From Squalus acanthias (taxonomy: Eukaryota), in assembly GCA_030390025.1 (NCBI GenBank), contig CM059438.1:59832001-59896000 (forward strand): a stretch of DNA of 64,000 nucleotides, given 5' to 3'. Position 1 is the stretch's first letter. Each line of letters begins with the position of its first letter. Under the pieces are notes generated by a model. That model did not search any database. It was not told the origin of the DNA and saw only the letters and a list, made by a program, of their open reading frames with translations. Below, in pieces: positions 49,201 to 61,200 of the stretch. The position numbers and the translations under genes were made by a program.

Positions 49201-52200
49201 TGAGACCAGGGGCGGTGACACTATAGAGAGAGCAGCAGTGAACAGTGAGACCAGGGGCGGTGACACTATAGAGAGAGGCAGATGTGAACAGTGAGACCAG
49301 GGGCGGTGACACTATAGAGAGAGGCAGCACGAACAGTGAGACCAGGGGCGGTGAGACAGGGGCGGGTGACACTATAGAGAGAGGCAGAGTGAACAGTGAG
49401 ACCAGGGGCGGTGACACTATAGAGAGAGGCAGCACGAACAGTGAGACCAGGGGCGGTGACACTATAGAGAGAGGCAGCACGAACAGTGAGACCAGGGGCG
49501 GTGACACTATAGAGAGAGGCAGCGAGAACAGTGAGACCAGGGCGGTGTGACACTATAGAGAGAGGCAGCACGAACAGTGAGACCAGGGGCGGTGACACTA
49601 TAGAGAGAGGCAGCGTGAACAGTGAGACCAGGGGCGGTGACACCTATAGAGAGAGGCAGAGTGAACAGTGAGACCAGGGGCGGTGACACAATAGAGAGAG
49701 GCAGCACGAACAGTGAGACCAGGGCGGTTGACACTATAGAGAGAGGCAGCGTGACAGTGAGACCAGGGGCGGAGCACTATAGAGAGAGGCAGCGTGAACA
49801 GTGGAGACCAGGGGCGGTGACACTATAGAGAGAGGCAGCACGAACAGTGAGACCAGGGGCGGTGACACTATAAGAGAGAGGCAGCACGTGAACAGTGAGA
49901 CCAGGGGCGGTGACACTATAGAGAGAGGCAGCACGAACAGTGAGGACCAGGGGCGGTGACACTATAGAGAGAGGCAGCACGAACAGTGAGACCAGGGCGG
50001 TGACGCTATAGAGAGAGGCAGCGTGAACAGTGAGACCAGGGGCGGGTGACACTATAGAGAGAGGCAGAGTGAACAGTGAGACCAGGGGCGGTGACACTAT
50101 AGAGAGAGGCAGCGTGAACAGTGAGACCAGGGGCGGTGACACTATAGAGAGAGGCAGCGTGAACAGTGAGACCAGGGGCGGTGACACTATAGAGAGAGGC
50201 AGACGTGAACAGTGAGACCAGGGGCGGTGACACTATAGAGAGAGGCAGCGTGAACAGTGAGACCAGGGGGCGGTGACACTATAGAGAGAGGCAGCGTGAA
50301 CAGTGAGACCAGGGGCGGTGACACTATAGAGAGAGGCAGCACGAACAGTGAGACCAGGGGCGGTGACACTATAGAGAGAGGCAGCGTGAACAGTGAGACC
50401 AGGGGCGGTGACACTATAGAGAGAGGCAGAGTGAACAGTGAGACCAGGGGCGGGTGACACTATAGAGAGAGGCAGCAGAACAGTGAGACCAGGGGCGGTG
50501 ACACTATAGAGAGAGGCAGCACGAACAGTGAGACCAGGGGCGGTGACACTATAGAGAGAGGCAGAGTGAACAGTGAGACCAGGGGCGGTGACACTATAGA
50601 GAGAGGCAGCGTGAACAGTGAGACCAGGGGCGGTGACACTATAGAGAGAGGCAGCACGAACAGTGAGACCAGGGGCGGTGACACTATAGAGAGAGGCAGA
50701 GTGAACAGTGAGACCAGGGGCGGTGGACACTATAGAGAGAGGCAGCGACGAACAGTGAGACCAGGGCGGTGACACTATAGAGAGAGGCAGAGTGAACAGT
50801 GAGACCAGGGGCGGTGACACTTAGAGAGAGGCAGCGTGAACAGTGAGACCAGGGCGGTGACACTATAGAGAGAAGGGCAGGCACGAACAGTGAGACCAGG
50901 GGCGGTGACACTATAGAGAGAGGCAGCGTGAACAGTGAGACCAGGGGCGGGTGACACTATAGAGAGAGGCAGCCTGAACAGTGAGACCAGGGCGGTGACA
51001 GCTATAGAGAGAGGCAGCGTGAACAGTGAGACCAGGGGCGGTGACACTATAGAGAGAGGCAGGCAGCTCGAACAGTGAGACCAGGGGCGGTGACACTATA
51101 GAGAGAGGCAGCAGCAACAGTGAGACCAGGGGCGGCTGACACTATAGAGAGAGGCAGAGTGAACAGTGAGACCAGGGGCGGTGACACTATAGAGAGAGGC
51201 AGCTGAACAGTGAGACAGGGGCGGTGACACTATAGAGAGAGGGCAGACGAACAGCTGAGACCAGGGGCGGTGACGCTATAGAGAGAGGCAGCATGAACAG
51301 TGAGACAGGGGCGGTGACACTATAGAGAGAGGCAGCGTGAACAGTGAGACAGGGGGCGGTGACACCTATAGAGAGAGGCAGCGAGAACAGTGAGACCAGG
51401 GGCGGTGACACTATAGAGAGAGGCAGCTCGAACAGTGAGACCAGGGGCGGTGACACTATAGAGAGAGGCAGCGTGAACAGTGAGACCAAGGGGCGGTGAC
51501 ACTATAGAGAGAGGCAGAGTGAACAGTGAGACCAGGGGCGGTGACACTATAGAGAGAGGCAGCACGAACAGTGAGACCAGGGGCGGTGACACTATAGAGA
51601 GAGGCAGAGTGAACAGTGAGACCAGGGGCGGTGACACTATAGAGAGAGGCAGCACGAACAGTGAGACCAGGGGCGGTGACACTATAGAGAGAGGCAGAGT
51701 GAACAGTGAGACCAGGGGCGGTGACACTATAGAGAGAGCAGCACGAACAGTGAGACAGGGGCGGTGACACTATAGAGAGAGGCAGCTCGAACAGTGAGAC
51801 CAGGGGCGGTGACTCTATAGAGAGAGCAGCAGTGAACAGTGAGACCAGGGGCGGTGACACTATAGAGAGAGGGCAGCACGAACAGTGAGACCAGGGGCGG
51901 TGACACTATAGAGAGAGGCAGCGGAACAGTGAGACAGGGGCGGTGACACTATAGAGAGAGGGCAGAGTGAACAGTGAGACCAGGGGGCGGTGACACTATA
52001 GAGAGAGGCAGCCGAACATGAGACCAGGGGCGGTGACACTATAGAGAGAGGCAGCACGAACAGTGAGACCAGGGGCGGTGCACTATAGAGAGAGGCAGAG
52101 TGAACAGTGAGACCAGGGGCGGTGACACTATAGAGAGAGGCAGCACGAACAGTGAGACCAGGGGCGGTGACACTATAGAGAGAGGCAGCACGAACAGTGA

Positions 52201-55200
52201 GACAGGGGCGGTGACACTATAGAGAGAGGCAGAGTGAACAGTGAGACCAGGGGCGGTGACACTATAGAGAGAGGCAGCGTGAACAGTGAGACCAGGGGCG
52301 GTGACACTATAGAGAGAGGCAGCCCGAACAGTGAGACCAGGGGCGGTGACGACTATAGAGAGAGGCAGAGTGAAACAGTGAGACCAGGGGCGGTGACACT
52401 ATAGAGAGAGGCAGCGTGAACAGTGAGACCAGGGGCGGTGACACTATAGAGAGAGGCAGACGTGAACAGTGAGACAGGGGCGGGTGACACTATAGAGAGA
52501 GGCAGCAGTGAACAGTGAGACCAGGGGCGGTGACACTATAGAGAGAGGCAGCAGTGAACAGTGAGACCAGGGGCGGTGACACTATAGAGAGAGGCAGAGG
52601 AACAGTGAGACCAGGGGCGGCGTGACACTATAGAGAGAGGCAGCACGAACAGTGAGACCAGGGGCGGTGACACTATAGAGAGAGGCAGAGTGAACAGTGA
52701 GACCAGGGGCGGTGACACTATAGAGAGAGGCAGCACGAACAGTGAGACCAGGGGCGGTGACACTATAGAGAGAGGCAGCACGAACAGTGAGGACAGGGGC
52801 GGTGACACTATAGAGAGAGGCAGCACGAACAGTGAGACCAGGGGCGGTGACACTATAGAGAGAGCAGCGTGAACAGTGAGACCAGGGGCGGTGACACTAT
52901 AGAGAGAGGCAGCCGTGAACAGTGAGACCAGGGGCGGTGACACTATAGAGAGAAGCAGCCACGAACAGTGAGACCAGGGGAGGTGACACTATAGAGAGAG
53001 GCAGCACGAACAGTGAGACCAGGGGCGGGGTGACACTATAGAGAGAGGCAGCGTGACACAGTGAGACCAGGGCGGTGACACTATAGAGCGATGGCCAGCA
53101 CGACACAGTGAGACCAGGGCGGTGACACTATAGAGAGAGCAGCAGAACAGTAGAGACCAGGGGCGGTGACACTATAGAGAGAGGCAGAGTGAACAGTGAG
53201 ACCAGGGGCGGTGCACACTATAGAGACGAAGGCAGGCGGTGACACAAGAGGCTGCACGACCGTGAGAAGGGCGGTGACACTATAGAGAGAGGCAGAGTGA
53301 ACAGTGAGACCAGGGGCGGTGACACTATAGAGAGAGGCAGAGTGAACAGTGAGACCAGGGGCGGTGACACTATAGAGAGAGGCAGAGTGAACAGTGAGAC
53401 CAGGGGCGGTGACACTATAGAGAGAGGCAGCGTGAACAGTGAGACCAGGGGCGGTGACACTATAGAGAGAGGCAGCGTGAACAGTGAGACCAGGGGCGGT
53501 GACACTATAGAGAGAGGCAGCACGAACAGTGAGACCAGGGGCGGTGACACTATAGAGAGAGGCAGCACGAACAGTGAGACCAGGGGCGGTGACACTATAG
53601 AGAGAGGCAGCACGAACAGTGAGACCAGGGGCGGTGACACTATAGAGAGAGGCAGCGTGAACAGTGAGACCAGGGGCGGTGACACTATAGAGAGAGGCAG
53701 CACGAACAGTGAGACCAGGGGCGGTGACACTATAGAGAGAGGCAGCACGAACAGTGAGACCAGGGGCGGTGACACTATAGAGAGAGGCAGCACGAACAGT
53801 GAGACCAGGGGCGGTGACACTATAGAGAGAGGCAGCACGACAGTGAGACCAGGGGCGGTGACACTATAGAGAGAGGCAGCCGTGACACTGAGACCAGGGG
53901 CGGTGACACTATAGAGAGAGGCAGAGTGAACAGTGAGACCAGGGGCGGTGACGCTATAGAGAGAGGCAGCACGAACACGTGAGACCAGGGGCGGTGACAC
54001 TATAGAGAGAGGCAGAGTGAACAGTGAGACCAGGGGCGGTGACACTATAGAGAGAGGCAGCACGAACAGTGAGACCAGGGGCGGTGAACTCTATAGAGAG
54101 AGGCAGATGTGACACAGTGAGACCAGGGGCGGTGACACTATAGAGAGAGGCAGCACGAACAGTGAGACCAGGGCGGTGACACTATAGAGAGAGGCAGCGT
54201 CGAACAGTGAGACCAGGGGCGGTGACACTATAGAGAGAGGCAGCGTGAACAGTGAGACCAGGGGCGGTGACACTATAGAGAGAGGCAGCCCGTGAACAGT
54301 GAGACCAGGGGCGGTGACACTATAGAGAGAGGCAGACGAACAGTGAGACCAGGGGCGGTGACACTATAGAGAGAGGCAGCACGAACAGTGAGACCAGGGG
54401 CGGTGACACTATAGAGAGAGGCAGCGTGAACAGTGAGACCAGGGGCGGTGACACTATAGAGAGAGGCAGCACGAACAGTGAGACCAGGGGCGGTGACACT
54501 ATAGAGAGAGGCAGCACGAACCGTGAGACAGGGGCGGTGACACTATAGAGAGAGGCAGAGGTGAAACAGTGAGACCAGGGGCGGTGACACTATAGAGAGA
54601 GCAGCGTGAACAGTGAGACCAGGGGCGGTGGACACTATAGAGAGAGGCAGCACGTGAACAGTTGAGACCAGGGGCGGTGACACTATAGAGAGAGGCAGCA
54701 GCTGAACAGTGAGACCAGGGGCGGTGACACTATAGGAGAGGCAGCGTGAACAGTGAGACAGGGGGCGGGGGTCGAGGGCGTGAGGGGCGGGTTGACACTA
54801 TAGAGAGAGGCAGCACGTGACAAGTGAGACCAGGGGGCGGTGACAGCTATAGAGAGAGGCAGAGTGAACAGTGAGACCAGGGGCGGTGACACTATAGAGG
54901 AGAGGCAGCACGGGAACAGGAGAGCCAGGGGGGGGGCGGGGTGACACTATAGAGAGGAGGCAGACGTGAACAGTGAGACCAGGGGCGGGACACAATAGAG
55001 AGAGGCAGCAGCTGAACAGTGAGACCAGGGGGGCGGTGAAGCATAGAGAGAGGCAGCACGAACAGTGAGACCAGGGGCGGTTGACACTATAGAGAGAGGA
55101 CAAGAGTGAACAGGAGACCAGAGGGCGGTGACACTATAGGAGAAGGCAGCGACGAACAGTAGAGACCAGGGGCGGTGACACTATAGAGAGAGGCAGAGTG

Positions 55201-58200
55201 AACAGTGAGACCAGGGGCGGTGACACTATAGAGAGAGGCAGAGTGAACAGTGAGACCAGGGGCGGTGACACTATAGAGAGAGGCAGAGTGAACAGTGAGA
55301 CCAGGGGCGGTGACACTATAGAGAGAGGCAGCACGAACAGTGAGACCAGGGGCGGTGACACTATAGAGAGAGGCAGAGTGAACAGTGAGACCAGGGGCGG
55401 TGACACTATAGAGAGAGGCAGCGTGAACAGTGAGACCAGGGGCGGTGACACTATAGAGAGAGGCAGAGTGAACAGTGAGACCAGGGGCGGTGACACTATA
55501 GAGAGAGGCAGAGTGAACAGTGAGACCAGGGGCGGTGACACTATAGAGAGAGGCAGAGTGAACAGTGAGACCAGGGGCGGTGACACTATAGAGAGAGGCA
55601 GCACGAACAGTGAGACCAGGGGCGGTGACACTATAGAGAGAGGCAGCACGAACAGTGAGACCAGGGGCGGTGACACTATAGAGAGAGGCAGCACGAACAG
55701 TGAGACCAGGGGCGGTGACACTATAGAGAGAGGCAGCGTGAACAGTGAGACCAGGGGCGGTGACACTATAGAGAGAGGCAGCACGAACAGTGAGACCAGG
55801 GGCGGTGACACTATAGAGAGAGGCAGACCGAACAGTGAGACCAGGGGCGGTGACACTATAGAGAGAGGCAGCACGAACAGTGAGACCAGGGGCGGTGACA
55901 CTATAGAGAGAGGCAGCACGAACAGTGAGACCAGGGGCGGTGACACTATAGAGAGAGGCAGCGTCGAACAGTGAGACCAGGGGCGGTGACACTATAGAGA
56001 GAGGCAGCAACGAACAGTGAGACCAGGGGCGGTGACACTATAGAGAGAGGCAGCGTGAACAGTGAGACCAGGGGCGGTGACAGCTATAGAGAGAGGCAGC
56101 ACGAACAGTGAGACCAGGGGCGGTGACACTATAGAGAGAGGCAGCACGAACAGTGAGACCAGGGGTCGGTGACACTATAGAGAGAGGCAGAGTGAACAGT
56201 GAGACCAGGGGCGGTGACACTATAGAGAGAGGCAGCGTGAACAGTGAGACCAGGGGCGGTGACACTATAGAGAGAGGCAGCACGAACAGTGAGACCAGGG
56301 GCGGTGACACTATAGAGAGAGGCAGACGAACAGTGAGACCAGGGGCGGTGACACTATAGACGAGAGGCAGAGTGAACAGTGAGACCAGGGGCGGTGACAC
56401 TATAGAGAGAGGCAGCACGAACAGTGAGACCAGGGGCGGTGACACTATAGAGAGAGGCAGCACGAACAGTGAGACCAGGGGCGGTGACACTATAGAGAGA
56501 GGCAGCACGAACAGTGAGACCAGGGGCGGTGACACTATAGAGAGAGGCAGCGTGAACAGTGAGACCAGGGGCGGTGGACACTATAGAGAGAGGCAGCTCG
56601 AACAGTGAGACCAGGGGCGGTGACACTATAGAGAGAGGGCAGCTGGAACAGTGAGACCAGGGGCGGTGACACTATAGAGAGAGGCAGCAACGCACGAACA
56701 GTGAGAGACCAGGGGCGGTGACACTATAGAGAGAGGCAGAAGTGAACAGTGAGACCAGGGGCGGTGACACTATAGAGAGAGGCAGCAGTGAACAGTGGAG
56801 ACCAGGGGCGGTGACACTATAGAGAGAGGCAGCGTCGACAGTGAGGACGCAGGGGCGGTGACACTATAGAGAGAGGCCAGAGTGTACACAGTGAGACCAG
56901 GGGCCGGTGACACTATAGGAGAGAGGCAGAGTGGAACAGTGAGACCAGGGGCGGTGGACACATATACGAGAGGCAGCGTTGAACAGTGAGACCAGGGCGG
57001 TGACACTATAGAGAGAGGCAGCACGAACAGTGAGACCAGGGGCGGTGACAACTACGAGAGAGGGCAAGCACGTTAAATTGAGACCATGGGGCGTGACGTA
57101 TAGAGAGAGCGACAGGCGTGAACAGTGAGACCTTGGGCAGGGACACTAATAGAAGAGGCAGCAGCGAATCAGTGAGACCAGGGGCGTGACACTATAGAGA
57201 GAGGCAGCGTGAACAGTGAGACGCATGGGGGTCGGTGGACGGACTATAGAGAGAGGCAAGCTCGAATCAGTGAGACCAGTGGGCGGTGACACTATAGAGA
57301 GAGGCAGCACGTGAACAGTGAGACCAGGGGCGTGACACTATAGAGAGAGTCAGCGTCGAACAAGTGAGATCCAGGGGGGCGGTGACACTATAGAGAGAGG
57401 CAGCGTGAACAGTGAGACCAGGGGCGGTGACACTATAGAGAGAGGCAGCACGAACAGTGAGACCAGGGGCGGTGACACTATAGAGAGAGGCAGCACGAAC
57501 AGTGAGACCAGGGGCGGTGACACTATAGAGAGAGGCAGCACGAACAGTGAGACCAGGGGCGGTGACACTATAGAGAGAGGCAGCACGAACAGTGAGACCA
57601 GGGGCGGTGACACTTTAGAGAGAGCTGCGTACCAGTGAGACCAGGGGCGGTGACACTATAGAGAGAGGCAGAGTGAACAGTGAGACAGGGCGGTGACACT
57701 ATAGAGAGAGGCAGCGTGAACAGTGAGACCAGGGGCGGAGACACTATAGAGAGAGGCAGCGTGAACAGTGAGACCAGGGGCGGTGACACTATAGAGAGAG
57801 GCAGCTACGAACAGTGAGACCAGGGGCGGTGACGCTATAGAGAGAGGCAGCACAGAACAGTGAGGACCAGGGGCGGTGACACTATAGAGAGAGGCAGCAC
57901 GAACAGTGAGACCAGGAGGCGGTGACACTATAGAGAGAGCAGCACGTGAACAGGGAGACCAGGGGCGGTGACACTATAGAGAGAGGCAGGCCGAACAGTG
58001 AGACCAGGGGCGGTGACACTATAGAGAGAGGCAGAGTGAACAGTGAGACCAGGGGCCGGTGACACTATAGAGAGAGGCAGCACGAACAGTGAGACCAGGG
58101 GCGGTGACACTATAGAGAGAGGCAGCGTGAACAGGTGAGACCAGGGGCGGTGACACTATAGAGAGAGGCAGAGATGAACAGTGAGACAGGGGGCGGTGAC

Positions 58201-61200
58201 ACTATAGAGAGAGGCAGCTGTGAACAGTGAGACCAGGGGCGGTGACACTATAGAGAGAGGCAGCACGAAACAGTGAGACCAGGGGCGGTGACACTATAGA
58301 GAGAGGCAGCACGAACAGTGAGACCAGGGGCGGTGACACTATAGAGAGAGGCAGCACGAAACAGTGAGACCAGGGGCGGTGACACTATAGAGAGAGGCAG
58401 CACGAACAGTGAGACCAGGGCGGTGACACTATAGAGAGAGGCACACGAAACAGTGAGACCAGGGGCGGTTGACACTATAGAGAGAGGCAGAGTGAACAGT
58501 GAGACCAGGGGGCGGGTGACACTATAGAGAGAGGCAGCACGAACAGTGAGACCAGGGGCGGTGACACTATAGAGAGAGGCAGCACGAACAGTGAGACCAG
58601 GGGGCGGTGACACTATAGAGAGAGGCAGCACGAACAGTGAGACCAGGGGCGGTGACACTATAGAGAGAGGCAGCACGAACAGTGAGACCAGGGGCGGTGA
58701 CGCTATAGAGAGAGGCAGCACGAACAGTGAGACCAGGGGCGGTGACACTATAGAGAGAGGCAGCGTGAACAGTGAGACAGGGGCGGTGACACTATAGAGA
58801 GAGGCAGCAGTGAACAGTGAGACCAGGGGCGGTGACACTATAGAGAGAGGCAGCCTGTGAACAGTGAGACCCAAGGGCGGTGACCTATAGAGAGAGCAGC
58901 ACGAACAGTGAGACCAGGGCGGTGAACTATAGAGAGAGGCAGCACGAAACAGTGAGACAGGGGCGGGTGACACTATAGAGAGAGGCAGCACGAACAGTGA
59001 GACCAGGGGCGTGACACTATAGAGAGAGGCAGCGTGAACACTGAGACCAGGGGCGGTGACACTATAGAGAGAGGCAGCGTGAACAGTGAGACCAGGGGCG
59101 GTGACCACTATAGAGAGAGGCAGCGTGAACAGTGAGACCAGGGGCGGGTGACACTATAGAGAGAGGCAGAGTGATCAGTGAGACCAGGGGCGGTGACACT
59201 ATAGAGAGAGGCAGCACGAACAGTGAGACCAGGGGCGGTGACACTATAGAGAGAGGCAGCGTGAACAGTGAGACCAGGGGCGGTGACACTATAGAGAGAG
59301 GCAGCACGAACAGTGAGACAGGGGCGGTGACACTATAGAGAGAGGCAGCACGAACAGTGAGACCAGGGGCGGGTGACACTATAGAGAGAGGCAGCACGAA
59401 CAGTGAGACCAGGGGCGGTGGACACTATAGAGAGAGGCAGCACGAACAGTGAGACCAGGGCGGTGACACTATAGAGAGAGGCAGCGTGAACAGTGAGACC
59501 AGGGGCGGTGACACTATAGAGAGAGGCAGCAGAACAGTGAGACCAGGGGCAGGTGACACTATAGAGAGAGGCAGCGTGACAGTGAGACCAGGGGCGGTGA
59601 CACTATAGAGAGAGGCAGCGTGAACAGTGAGACCAGGGGCGGGTGACACTATAGAGAGAGGCAGCGTGAACAGTGAGACAGGGGCAGGTGACACTATAGA
59701 GAGAGGCAGCGTGAACAGTGAGACCAGGGGCGGTGACACTATAGAGAGAGGCAGCACGAACCGTGAGACCAGGGGCGGTGACACTATAGAGAGAGGCAGC
59801 AGTGAACAGTGAGACCAGGGGCGGTGACACTAGAGAGAGGCAGCACGAACAGTGAGACCAGGGGCGGTGACACTATAGAGAGAGGCAGCAGTGAACAGTG
59901 AGACCAGGGGCAGGTGACACTATAGAGAGAGCAGCGTGAACAGTGAGACCAGGGGCGGTGACACTATAGAGAGAGGCAGCACGAACAGTGAGGACCAGGG
60001 GCGGTGACACTATAGAGAGAGGCAGCGTGAACAGTGAGACCAGGGGCGGTGACACTATAGAGAGAGGCAGCGTGAACAGTGAGACCAGGGGCGGTGACAC
60101 TATAGAGAGAGGCAGCACGAACAGTGAGACCAGGGGCGGTGACACTATAGAGAGAGGCAGCACGAACAGTGAGACCAGGGGCGGTGACACTATAGAGAGA
60201 GGCAGCACGAACAGTGAGACCAGGGGCGGTGACACTATAGAGAGAGGCAGAGTGAACAGTGAGACCAGGGGCGGTGACACTATAGAGAGAGGCAGCACGA
60301 ACAGTGAGACCAGGGGCGGTGACACTATAGAGAGAGGCAGCACGAACAGTGAGACCAGGGGCGGTGACACTATAGAGAGAGGCAGAGTGAACAGTGAGAC
60401 CAGGGGCGGTGACACTATAGAGAGAGGCAGAGTGAACAGTGAGACCAGGGGCGGTGACACTATAGAGAGAGGCAGCACGAACAGTGAGACCAGGGGCGGT
60501 GACACTATAGAGAGAGGCAGCACGAACAGTGAGACCAGGGGCGGTGACACTATAGAGAGAGGCAGCGTGAACAGTGAGACCAGGGGCGGGTGACACTATA
60601 GAGAGAGGGCAGAGTGAACAGTGAGACCAGGGGCGGTGACACTATAGAGAGAGGCAGCGTGAACAGTGAGACCAGGGGCGGTGACACTATAGAGAGAGGC
60701 AGGCACGAACAGTGAACCAGGGGCGGTGACACTATAGAGAGAGGCAGCTGTGAACAGTGAGACCAGGGGCGGTGACCTCTATAGAGAGAGGCAGCGTGAA
60801 CAGTGAGACCAGGGGCGGTGACACTATAGAGAGAGGGCAGCGAGACAGTGATGAACCAGAGGCGGTGACACTATAGAGAGAGGCAGCACGAACAGTGAGA
60901 CCAGGGGCGGTGACACTATAGAGAGAGGCAGAGTGAACATGAGACAGGGGCGGGTGACACTATAGAGAGAGGGCAGCACGAACAGTGAGACAGGGCGGGT
61001 GACACTATAGAGAGAGGCAGCACGTGAACAGTGAGACCAGGGGGCGGTGACACTATAGAGAGAGGCAGCACTGAACAGTGAGACCAGGGGCGGTGACACA
61101 ATAGAGAGAGGCAGCGTGAACAGTGAGACCAGGGGCGGTGACACTATAGAGAGAGGCAGCACGAACAGTGAGACCCAGTGGGCGGTGACACTATAGAGAG